Assembly: GCA_004431415.1 (NCBI GenBank)
Contig: QPMI01000406.1
Coordinates: forward strand, 1,584-65,583
DNA length: 64,000 nucleotides
From: Cyanophora paradoxa CCMP329
Taxonomy: Eukaryota; Plantae; Glaucophyta
Reading direction: 5' to 3'
Below, piece by piece: positions 39,460 to 49,891 of the stretch (positions within the stretch are counted from its first letter, which is position 1; each line of letters opens with the position of its first letter). The notes beneath the pieces are model-generated. The model was not told the origin of the DNA. It ran no database searches and saw only the letters and a list, made by a program, of their open reading frames with translations. The position numbers were made by a program, and so were the translations under genes.

Positions 39460-40685
39460 ACTTCTCCTTTGATTTCGATTTCTGATTTTCTTCAGGCTCG
39501 TAGCTTATGATCACCGTCACTGCGGCGTTTCCGGCCTTCTCTTTCTTCAAGATAGCTAGCTATATATGCTGCTATACCTGTAGCTGTGCAGGCCGCAGTT
39601 TCAAGACACCCACGATATGGCCCAACTCAGCTCTTTCTCTTCTTATTTTCGTTCAGCTAAATTTGCGCCGTCTGCCCTGACAAAGATTTGCTTTGATTTG
39701 CCCCGCCGATTATCTTGCCTTTAACTAAATCTCCGTTTCCTGCTCGTGCGATATATATATATAGCTATGTAGTCTGGGAGTTCGAATTCGGTAATTGCAT
39801 TATAATAATTGGCTTCGTACACACTAATGAATTCGTGGGATTGATTGTATACGTAGGCGTTACGAGCAGGCGTCGGCGGCGAGAGCGGCCTCGTCCGCCT
39901 CCAGCGCCAGCGCCTCGAGCGATTCCGCTGCCTCCAGCGCCTGCCGCAGCGCGGGGCGCTAGAATCAGCTGCAGGCCAGGATGCACTGCTGCAGGGCGGG
40001 GGCGCGGCCGCGGGCCGGGGCTTGCCTCGTCGTCGACGGCGGCTGCCTCGTCCTCGTCCACAGAAGCAACTGCGCAAACAGACACGTGCAGCTTAGACTT
40101 CCGAGATACTGAGACCATGCGGTCGAACAATTCGCGGTTTTTCACGAATCCGAATTACCATCGCTGTCGACACGTAGCGCTTCTTCGTAAATGGTGATTT
40201 CCGAGAAGGTCGTTTTGTTGTTCAGGACGTTGTTCGGGTTGTACCCGTTCGGGTTGTCGAACAGGAACTTGTCGAAAGAGTAGAGCTCGCTGGGTGGTCA
40301 CCCCCACCAATTGCGCGACCTTCCCGCGACCATTTTCAATAAGCACATTTTCAGCATCACGAATCTCAGTCACAAAATCACAAATTCGCACTGAGCCACA
40401 TTGTATTTTTCAAACATCTAACTCCTCCTTACTGAAACCAATCACAAAAACCTACATATAATCTTCTCTCTAATCCCTTACCATTTTCAGTAAGCCTTTA
40501 TTCCGCCTTCCGATCTCTCAGTAAGGACAGTAAGACCCTATTTTTTGCGTAATGTTCCTGATCCTTGTCGAACTGTTTTCAGTAGTCCAATTTGAAAAAT
40601 CAAGGTGAGCCCCACCGATAGGTTAAATTAACTTATATAGTGCGTATATCCCCACTTAAAGATTTCCCACTATACAAGTATAAAG

Positions 40686-41009
40686 ATGCCGGGTAATCAG
40701 CTCCCCTTACCTAAAAGTAAACTGTGCAATGTGTGCAAAGAGGTCAAGCCTGCATCGTGGTTCCCTTTGCGCAAGTGCAAGTCGGGAAATATAACATTAT
40801 ATTGGAGATGCATAGAGTGCCACCGTGACTATCAAAATGATCACTATCACAATGTCTTAAAAACGCGTCCGAAAATCGAAGTACAATCGAAGATATGCCC
40901 GGATTGCAAGATTGAGAAGCCTGCAAGCGAGTATAATAAAAAGCAAAGTACGAAGGATGGTCTCTACTATAAATGCCGACAGTGTTATAGTGAGACTCGG
41001 ACGAGCTAA
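40686..41009 (+). CDS. Small viral protein with two CxxC...CxxC zinc-ribbon repeats
   Basis: SKLCNVCKEVKPASWF...WRCIEC and SKICPDCKIEKPASEY...YKCRQC, a repeat type common in DNA-virus proteins. Confidence 0.8.
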   Translation: MPGNQLPLPKSKLCNVCKEVKPASWFPLRKCKSGNITLYWRCIECHRDYQNDHYHNVLKTRPKIEVQSKICPDCKIEKPASEYNKKQSTKDGLYYKCRQCYSETRTS

Positions 41010-41231
41010 TTTATGATTTTAAAATGAGATTTATATTTTTTAAAGCAAGTTTGTGCATGAGCAAGCATGCCGAAAATGCCCACCTGCACAAACTTGCGAG
41101 ATCAAGGTAAGCCCCATCGACAAAGTACGACGATAGACCACGTTAAAATACACTCGCGCCCCGCCCACTATGCAAGATACATGCCTTTCTTATGCATGAT
41201 CTATGAAAAATAACAATAAACCCGTCTCTCT

Positions 41232-41495
41232 TTACATAGGAGCACTCACAGTAATTTCGCTTGCCTTTCGAACAGTCCCCCGATTAAATGCTTGCTCTAC
41301 AATCGCTTCCTTTGTGAGTGGAATCGGAATTCCAGCGGCAATACACGATTTAACTTCTTTGTCCACAATCTCATCAATCGCGATTCTTGCCCTATTATGA
41401 GCCGCATTATCGATCCAATCCTGAACAGAGTAGGCACAGTATTCCATTCCAAGTTTCTCGGTTTCAGTTAAAACAACTTGATAGTTGTGCGACAT
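41232..41495 (-). CDS. 87-aa phage-like protein, probable partner of the adjacent C1q fibre
   Basis: Clean ORF beginning 7 bp after the C1q gene stop. The motif LTETEK..MEY.A...QDWIDNA..NRARIAIDEI resembles small proteins I recall beside C1q-domain genes in aquatic tailed phages (recall, not searched). Confidence 0.7.
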   Translation of the reverse strand: MSHNYQVVLTETEKLGMEYCAYSVQDWIDNAAHNRARIAIDEIVDKEVKSCIAAGIPIPLTKEAIVEQAFNRGTVRKASEITVSAPM

Positions 41496-41502
41496 TCTTT
41501 AT

Positions 41503-42498
41503 TTAGATTGTAGAAATTAATTCACCACTCCATTGACAATTCGAAGCATTAAGTCCTCCATAAACAAGATAAAGTTTAGCTGTATCACCAGCAGACATTA
41601 CTACTGAAATGTTTAAACAGAGGGGTCTAATAGAAACCACATTTAATGCCGATGCAACTGCAATACAAAATTTACCATTTGGGGCTGCATTATTTATTCG
41701 TAGATGAACAAGCGAAAGTAAATTATCTTCTTTTGTCGCGCCTGTAAAAATGAAATTGTAGTGACCAGATACAGGAGCTGTGAAAACACCATTCGAAGTA
41801 TCAATATGATTTCCATTGTTTAACCATACCTCTCCATACGAGGTTATATATATTCCTGAGGTAGTTGATAGGGTTGTGGAGATTCCAACACAAAACCGTG
41901 GATGGTTAGGAGTAGCAAGGTAAGAATCCGTTCCATTGATAGAAAGACCTTTCCAGTTGTAAGTTCCAGCGACTGCATTCGCTGTTGAATTGGTGGAAGT
42001 TTTCACAAATGTAGAAGCGATATTCTCATTATTTCGCTTGATTACTAATTCTGTATTGCCCCCAGAATCAATAGTAGTCGTTTTAACTGTCCCAAAAGAT
42101 CCAGCTGTAAGACTTCCAGTTATTGTCGCACTCCCATTCACCCCCAAGCCAGTCCCGATCCAGGCACCACCACTAACTACTTGAAAAGCCGCTGATTTCC
42201 TATCAGCCGGATTAAAAGCTGTTTTATAATCCGCTTGACCTTCATATAGATTATCTTTGGTGATTAGATCCCCTGTTTTTGCGGGTCGATTCGATACGAT
42301 CAGTTCAGTAGCTTTGACGATTCCACCAGCCTTGTCGGCTCTGAGTTCTTTGACTCTGAGTATGGAGGTCTCATTGAAAGAATCGGTTTTCGCTGTCTCA
42401 GTCGAAGGGAATGACTCGCTTAGATCATATACAGTGTGTTGCACGTTGTGGACAGCACTGGCTGATAAGGAAAACACAGGGGTAAACACAGTCGACAT
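41503..42498 (-). CDS. Fibre-like protein with C-terminal C1q/TNF-like trimeric head domain
   Basis: PRFCV...VWLNNGNHIDTSNGVFTAPVSGHYNF...MSAGDTAKLY...WSGELI follows the C1q consensus. The N-terminal AFQVVSGGAWIGTGLGVNG segment is fibre-shaft-like. Confidence 0.85.
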   Translation of the reverse strand: MSTVFTPVFSLSASAVHNVQHTVYDLSESFPSTETAKTDSFNETSILRVKELRADKAGGIVKATELIVSNRPAKTGDLITKDNLYEGQADYKTAFNPADRKSAAFQVVSGGAWIGTGLGVNGSATITGSLTAGSFGTVKTTTIDSGGNTELVIKRNNENIASTFVKTSTNSTANAVAGTYNWKGLSINGTDSYLATPNHPRFCVGISTTLSTTSGIYITSYGEVWLNNGNHIDTSNGVFTAPVSGHYNFIFTGATKEDNLLSLVHLRINNAAPNGKFCIAVASALNVVSIRPLCLNISVVMSAGDTAKLYLVYGGLNASNCQWSGELISTI

Positions 42499-42553
42499 CT
42501 TTTGATTATTCTTTATTATTACGTGAGAATATTATTATTATTACGTGAGAATA

Positions 42554-45500
42554 TTATGCTACCATCTTCCCTGTTGCTATATAACTCATTTGATAGTGGA
42601 AAAGTCCAATGCTTTCATTGTATTCTCTATTTGCCGAAATTGTTGCATGAATAGTAAATGTTGTTGTTGTGGAACTTGTGACACCATATACCAATACATA
42701 TGAACCACCATTATATCCTTGTATCAGATTGAGAACCACTTCTGGGGCTTCCGCAAATGCTTTCGGGAATGTGACAACCTGTGGAAATCCCCAATGACCC
42801 GGACCTGTGATTGTCAAAGATTTTGAGAATTTCCCTGTTTGTATATACTGGTCTTTATTGACACGCTGTTCTGAAACAAGTTTTGCGATCTTTGTATTAT
42901 CTGTTTCATCCATTGCATAATATGCTCTTGCGTAAGCATTTCCCCGACATAATAACGTTTTATCGTATATATTTGCGGAATTGTGGAAAAACCATTGTTC
43001 TAAATAAAGTGGCGCATTCGGTTGGTAAATTTGACCGGATCCCACATACATGGTGTTATTGGCTGTAATTGTATTCGCTACAAATGGGTCTAAGGTTGGG
43101 AAATCCGTGATTTCCGATTTTGTGTGAGTATGGGCGAAGTCTGTTATATTTGCCTTTGTGTGACTATGTGCGAAATCTGTGATATCTGCTTTGCTGTGTG
43201 AGTGAGGACCGACAGATGTTGAAGCTGTTGGTTTTCCGAAGATATTATCCCAATGACAGTAACCACTGTGTGAAGTTACAGCAGGGTTTTTGCTCCATCC
43301 AACAGTAATTGGACCGGGTAAATAAATTCTTCCTTTCTGTCCATGAACACCAACTTTGGTTAGTCCTTCACAATTTATTCCAACAAACTGTTTAAAATCT
43401 CTTTTAGGATTAATTGCAGGAGCATAGGCATTTACTCGTAAACGAATATAAGTATTGTTTGATGGTTCAATTCCAACAACATTAAAGTATCTACTGTCAT
43501 ACTGACACGTATAATAGATATAACATGATTTCATGTCTGTTGGAACAGTCCAATACATCTTACAGCTACTACAATCATCATCACCATCAATCCATGTGTT
43601 TGCCCAAGTGCTTGTGTCACCTACAAGTGGTTGCCCAACATAATCTCTCCAATCTCCTGTGCGGTCTGTGGAAATACCACTTGTAGCGTCAAAATCAGTT
43701 GGTGAAGTGTATGTTGGTGTATTTATCAGATCATCATAGTTTCCAGTTGTTGCCACAGTCGCAAATGTCGGGAAGTCTGTAATTTGAGACTTTGTGTGGG
43801 TATGGGCAAAATCTGTTATTTCTGACTTTGTGTGAGTGTGTGAAAAATCTGTAATCTCTGACTTTGTGTGAGTGTGTGGATCAGGTGGGAAGGTTAATGG
43901 TCGAACATTGTGAACATTGGGTAATTCAATGCGACTAATTGGAGTGTTTGGATCTAATACATATTCAGCACCAAGGTGGACAACAGGAAATGTTTGATCA
44001 TTCGGAGTAGTAACAAAGAAATTAGAAGCATGCACATCACCTGCAATTGTTCCACCTGTTAGTGGTAAATAATCATGATCGTGTGAATCAGGTGGATAGG
44101 TCGATGGGGGATTGACAATATGCTCCCAAAAATGCTTGTGAACATTGGGTAATTCAAGACGACTAAATGGGGTGTTTGGATCTAAAACATATTCAGCACC
44201 AAGGTGGACAACAGGAAATGTTTGATCATTCGGAGTGTCCACAAAGAAATTTGGAGCATGCACATCACCTGTAAGAGTCCCACCTGTAAGGGGTAAATAA
44301 TCCCCAAGAGCCGACGTTAATTCGGTATCTGTTACATAATCTTCAAGAATTGCTGCAAGTTCTGTATCATCTACATAGTTTTTGCTTTCGAGGTAATCAT
44401 CTGTAACAACACCGGAAAGGGTGGTATTGTGTAAGTTTTTAGCTGCCATTCTCTGATTGACTTCTAAGGCGCCACCTGTTGTCGTTTTTATCCATGCAAT
44501 CTCGCATTTTCCGTGATCATCTGTGGGTTGTCCCACAACAGGAAGATAGTTTACAACTTTCTCCCTTGTGAAAACTATCTTAGGTCTTGCTCCATCATAT
44601 GCACTTTGATCTGTTACATTTACTTGTATTGCTGCTGAAAAATCCGCTTCTTGTCCTATTTCTCCTGGGTGATAATTCGTAACATAGATACTGGGGAAAG
44701 TATCATTTACTCCTACATTGAAATCGCCACTATAAACTCCATTTACGATTGGATCCCGTGGTAATCTTACAGCAAGAGTTCCCACCATCGGTGTGCCTGT
44801 TTCACCTGTGAATGTCCCATTGAGATTTACGTAATGATCATTCAAAAACAGCCTTTCAGGTGTATTAATCGATTGGTAAAGTGTGACGCCATTAAAAACG
44901 TTTCCGATTGCATTCAATTGCGCAAAAACTGGCTGCTCATCTATTTCCTCCCATGGGTGCCTGTGGTTACTATTGGTAATCTCTGAATAATCATGAGTGT
45001 GTTTTCCCGGTGGGAAGGTCGATGGGGGATTTGTGATATCTTCCCATAAATGCTTATGGGCGAAATCTGTTATTTGATCTTTTGTGTGTGTGTGGTCGAA
45101 ATCTGTAATATCTGCTTTTGTGTGTTTTTGCTTTGCTAACCAATCTAAAACAACATTCGATGTCGGGTGATTTGGTAGGTTTGCTTCAATCTTCACAGTG
45201 AGATAATCGACTATTACATTACTTCCATTAATATTACTTGCCCATAGGTTACTGCTGTAAATGTTACTGGCATAAATGTTACTGGCATAAATGTTACTTG
45301 TAACTGTAAGGTTTGATGAAATTGTAAGATTAGATGAGATAACACCACCTTTGAGAGACAAGTAATCATGAGTGTGTGGATCAGGTGGGAAGGTTAATGG
45401 TCGATTGGTGATATGCTCCCACAAATGCTCGTGAGAACTGGGTGGAAACGTTAAAGGAACATCTGTGAGTTCTTTGTAGCTCACCTTCTGCTTTGGTATG

Positions 45501-46090
45501 GTGAGTTCAATTGGTGAGAAATCACCCGAAAGGCGATTTTCAGAGGTGAAATACATGAGATTATGGCTGTTAGGTAAATCGCGATCGAGTCTGCAAATCG
45601 GGGTGTTGTCGCCTAATATAAATTCGGCGCCTGTATGCACGACCGGATTTCTTTGGATATACATATTGGATGCACCTATTACAGGTGCTACAATGGGCAC
45701 ATCTGAACATACAAGGTTGCAAGTGATGGAGAAAATGGTTTTAGGGGCGAATAGATTGCAATCAAAGGTCACAGTAGCTGGATCAATAGTAGGATCGACG
45801 TTTGAACAGATCTGAAACATCCACCCACCCACACAGTTGCAATTAAGATTTCGAAAGACTGTTCCCGCCATTGCATCCACATAGCCAATCCCATTTGCTA
45901 TGTCATATATGTGACCAAACTCGTAACCAAAAATGTCATTCCACAGGTTGGAAGCCATAGCTCCCATCACATACCCTTTTAGATCTACTATCAGGTCATT
46001 GGATTCACTGGGTATATTGGCATGGGTTATATAAAAATTATTATCCAATACCGCATTCTTTATTGTCGTTTCTACTATGGGTTCAGTCAT
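42554..46090 (-). CDS. 1178-aa phage-type tail-fibre protein with HTHTKSEITDF repeats and a C-terminal H-type-lectin/gp53-like domain
   Basis: Intact ORF with many H-x-H-x-K-x-[DEQN]-I-T-D-F and HxWxxIxNxPxTFPP repeats, SNIYA repeats and YLPLTGGT motifs. The C-terminus reads IQTG...VTFPKAFAEAPEVV...STTTTFT...SYIATG. Confidence 0.9.
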   Translation of the reverse strand: MTEPIVETTIKNAVLDNNFYITHANIPSESNDLIVDLKGYVMGAMASNLWNDIFGYEFGHIYDIANGIGYVDAMAGTVFRNLNCNCVGGWMFQICSNVDPTIDPATVTFDCNLFAPKTIFSITCNLVCSDVPIVAPVIGASNMYIQRNPVVHTGAEFILGDNTPICRLDRDLPNSHNLMYFTSENRLSGDFSPIELTIPKQKVSYKELTDVPLTFPPSSHEHLWEHITNRPLTFPPDPHTHDYLSLKGGVISSNLTISSNLTVTSNIYASNIYASNIYSSNLWASNINGSNVIVDYLTVKIEANLPNHPTSNVVLDWLAKQKHTKADITDFDHTHTKDQITDFAHKHLWEDITNPPSTFPPGKHTHDYSEITNSNHRHPWEEIDEQPVFAQLNAIGNVFNGVTLYQSINTPERLFLNDHYVNLNGTFTGETGTPMVGTLAVRLPRDPIVNGVYSGDFNVGVNDTFPSIYVTNYHPGEIGQEADFSAAIQVNVTDQSAYDGARPKIVFTREKVVNYLPVVGQPTDDHGKCEIAWIKTTTGGALEVNQRMAAKNLHNTTLSGVVTDDYLESKNYVDDTELAAILEDYVTDTELTSALGDYLPLTGGTLTGDVHAPNFFVDTPNDQTFPVVHLGAEYVLDPNTPFSRLELPNVHKHFWEHIVNPPSTYPPDSHDHDYLPLTGGTIAGDVHASNFFVTTPNDQTFPVVHLGAEYVLDPNTPISRIELPNVHNVRPLTFPPDPHTHTKSEITDFSHTHTKSEITDFAHTHTKSQITDFPTFATVATTGNYDDLINTPTYTSPTDFDATSGISTDRTGDWRDYVGQPLVGDTSTWANTWIDGDDDCSSCKMYWTVPTDMKSCYIYYTCQYDSRYFNVVGIEPSNNTYIRLRVNAYAPAINPKRDFKQFVGINCEGLTKVGVHGQKGRIYLPGPITVGWSKNPAVTSHSGYCHWDNIFGKPTASTSVGPHSHSKADITDFAHSHTKANITDFAHTHTKSEITDFPTLDPFVANTITANNTMYVGSGQIYQPNAPLYLEQWFFHNSANIYDKTLLCRGNAYARAYYAMDETDNTKIAKLVSEQRVNKDQYIQTGKFSKSLTITGPGHWGFPQVVTFPKAFAEAPEVVLNLIQGYNGGSYVLVYGVTSSTTTTFTIHATISANREYNESIGLFHYQMSYIATGKMVA

Positions 46091-46127
46091 TATACTCTAT
46101 TATGGAATACTACAAAAATTAAGGTTG

Positions 46128-49100
46128 TTACATAACGTTTGGAACATGTTCATATATTCTCCCTTCTCGCTGTGCCATTTCCGCCATAAAGTCTCTATCA
46201 TTGTTCATCGTTTGCTCTGCCAATTCTTGTGCTCGTGATTTTTTGGGTGCTGCCCTATTTGCTGGTGGTCGGTCAGTCCTCACAACACTAAGACCATGCC
46301 CCTCGGCTGATCTCACCTCTAAGCCCACATCTCCTTCGGCTGTTTGGGTCACATTAAGCTCTGGTGTGGAGTATTTATTACCTGCTCCTGCAATGGTTCT
46401 GTCTATGCATGCACAACACAAAGCTCGGAATTTGTATGCAAGCACAAGCCCAAGAGCACCGAGAATCGGCAAGAGAATCATAAGCACTAACGTTCCTGGA
46501 TCTGTTCCCGGTGCCCCGACTGGATTTGTAGGATTCGTGGGATTATTAGGTGGTGTGTTTGGATCTGGATTAGTTGTAGGGGGATCTTGTGAATCGGGAT
46601 CTGGGTTAGGCTGGTTCGGATTTGGATCGTTTGGTGGCGGTTCCGTCGACCCTGCTAATGAGGTTGGCGCTGTGTATGCATTCGCAAACACGATTGGAGC
46701 CGTCGCTGGATTTCCTGTGGAGGATCCTGAGATTGCACCATAGGTATCTGCGAGATACTTGTATAATTCCTGTGTCACAGGTGGATTGCTCACAGATCGA
46801 CACACCCAAATATTGCATGTGGTATCATATACTGTATCCCTGATAAAAGGCGGTAGAGCCGTCCCACTGAATGACTCAAAGAGTCCATTTCGCGATAGCA
46901 ACCTATGTCCTGTATCACAATTTCCACCCTCAAAATATTTGGTAGCCGAAATCGCACCTTGCACATAAATATTGCATGTCGAATGCAATCCAATGTTATT
47001 TAGGTTAGGAGTGTATCTGTCATCAAGCCGGACAGTGCACACCCATGGGGAAGCGGTTTTTATATATTTCTTATCGCCCACCTCGATTACATCTGTATTT
47101 GGGTGGCTGTCAAGCTGAGTCCAAACAGCATCATACCTGAAAGTGTAATAAACTAAGAGACCATCAGTAGAGGATGTGAAAGCAAAGAAGGTCATAAAGT
47201 CCGTGGATCCAAAGAAGTCAGCATTGGTCGATGTTAGGGTGACTCTGGGATAGCTCATGTTGACAGTCTCAGAAGGATATGGAATATATGAGGTGTAATT
47301 ACGATTGAAAAGATAATAGTGAAATCCATCTGAGACATTCGAGTGAGTGGGCAAGGTGACTGTTAAGGTCTTACTGCGATCCTCAAACGTTTTCTGTATG
47401 ACAATGTTGCAAGTATTAATATATCGAGAATCGAAAAAGTAATTATTTGTGACTCTATTATCGATCAAAGTCGCATTGGTTCCATTAAACACGAAATTCT
47501 GCCCATTGATCCTCGTAGTGTGAATGTCTGTAACATCGAGAGGATACCTTATTTTTAATCGATCTTCGGGGTCAAATCGCGGAATAGTTCCTGTTGCCTT
47601 CCAACTGATAGTAAAGGGAGGAGCAAGGGACACTGCTGGGATAACAGAGAGATTAAATTTCGAAAAATACAACCCAACAGGGTATGATGTCAGAGCATAT
47701 GTCACTGTTGCATTTCCTACAAGTGTAAAGCCGGTGGTTGTTATGTTAGTTGCAACAAATGGGGAGTAGCCGGCTGGTGCATTTTGAAGTGATGTAGCTG
47801 ACCCATCATTGACCACATACAAATTCGTGTCTGTTATTTCAATAGTAGGAGGGGAAACAAATGGTGTCTCAAATGTGAAATTAAAATTCGCTGGAACCCC
47901 TGCAAGATATCTATATGTTGTTGCTGATATCTCGGATGCCTGGAATACTTTGCTTCCACTCCGCACTACATTACTTGTGTCTTTCACATTGTGGTATGAG
48001 ATGCTGGGAGTTGGGGAGAGCACCAACGAAATAGCATCTGGTAAATCAGACTTTGTTATATACAGTTCTCTGAGAAACTCCTTTCTAAAAGGGGCGGTCA
48101 GTTCTCCAATAGTAGCCGATGATCCTGCGACCACAATATTACAGGTGTTTGCACTCAAAGAGTAAACTGTGTTCCACCTTAAAGAATTCGCCCCAAGATC
48201 GAAATTCTGTGAGAAGGGCACGATATTGCTACCTTGTAAATCTCGGTAAACCTTTACTCTGGGTTTGCTATCGAATACAGGGCTAATGTAATTGATGTTA
48301 AGAGTGAAACTAATAGTAGCTTCGGAACTCAATGAGTTGTTTCGGATGATAAGTAAATTGTATGTCTCGTTAATGACAAACGAAACCTGAAACCCTGTGG
48401 AGGTGACATTTTGGATAAATGCTTTATTCGATTCATTATTGTTATAGATAGGATTATAATAAGTAGTGTGATCCACCAATGAAACAGTGGGTATAGTCGT
48501 CTCGAAACCTGTGACACCCAACTGATCCCAAGTGAATGTATATGTAGGTTTGCCTACATAAGAGACATAGACCCCATTTGCGAGCTGCTGAGGGTATCCC
48601 TCGACAGTGTAGGTCTCAGTTTGCGAAACCGAGCGGGAAAGGTTACTATTATAGTCGGTGTAGCTGATCAGTGCATTACCATTGGTAAGAATCTGATTAG
48701 GTCGGAGTGAGTGATTTAATGGAAGGATTAAATTGGAGGCAAACATGGAAACTCCATGCACCTCTGACCATCTCAGATTCGATAAACCAACTCGGTATGT
48801 GTTGTCAGTCGCGGGTATATGTTCCTTTTCGACAGAATATGGGCTAAGGTAATTGCAAGCGCTCCATCTGCTGCAAACAGAGCATTAATTTCTGATTGCA
48901 AAGCCGCGATTTCGGTTGTGTGGGTCGTGAGGGTTCCATCCTGGCTGGAATCTTTGGTGTTCTTGCTCCTTTCAAACTCCAAAAACGCCTTTACGATGTC
49001 CTTGCCTAAAAGATCGTTTATATTGTCTCTGGTTATGTGAACATGGTCTGTTCTCAGTGCCTGTTTCTCTGTGGTAAAAGCCGGAATTTCTTCTGCAAAT

Positions 49101-49849
49101 GATATAGTCGTTTTATCAAGTGCTAAGGATCTCACATTCGGAGCATTGGCGCCAATTATATCGACAACGTTCCCATTTTCGACAATTTCTAAGGTCGGTT
49201 TCGCGGGGTCTAATGTGAAAACACCCTCTGTTATCTGGGGAACCGATTCGCTCTTCTGAATCACAAAGGATTCGATGTTTAGGTTACAGGTTGCGACATT
49301 GGTGGCGAAAAACGACTCGGAGTTGAGCGAGTTTACATTTAGGGTATCCGTAGTGATGTTACTTGCTGTAATGTTACTCGTCGTAAGATTACCTGCTGAG
49401 AGATCATGGACGACCTCTACCTTTGTTTTCCGTGTGGATACTCCCGCTATAAGTGTGCTATTATCCACGATTCTCATAGCTGCATTTTGGAAACCGCTCT
49501 CATCTTGAATGAAGAAGTTTAAGCGACCTCTATCGAATGCTTTTGGGATGTTCCTGCGATTATATCGCACCGTTTTCGGTAGCTGGCGGGTTGCCTGAAT
49601 GCTGGCGACTCTGTTTCGTTCGTTATCATCAAGTAAAAAGTCGATTCCAAGTTTATGATCCCCTTTCTCGACGTTCATTAACTGCAAAGCTGCGGGTCTG
49701 CTCGGTGTCCACTGACTGGATCTTCGCGGTCTGCATTGTAATTTATTCTCAGAGACCCGCGAATTTCAGTGTTTACCTGATCAGTGTCCTCTATCTGAGT
49801 GGTCGAATTAATAACTCGTGCGTCTGGTCGCGGATTCAGGAACGACATC
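46128..49849 (-). CDS. Large (~1240-aa) fibre/spike-like protein with a C-terminal Pro/Asn linker and transmembrane helix, split by two frameshifts
   Basis: ORFs 49849-49678 (MSFLNP...), 49687-48773 and 48761-46128 join by frame changes near 49688 and ~48820. The alternative frame restores IPATDNTYRVGLSNLRWSEV, paralogous to the downstream NIVPFSQNFDLGANSLRWNTV. The TM segment LVLMILLPILGALGLVLAY is followed by LCCAC. Confidence 0.75.
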
Positions 49850-49891
49850 CTCTTTATAAACAAAGAAGATATATAAGAAGTATATAAGATA

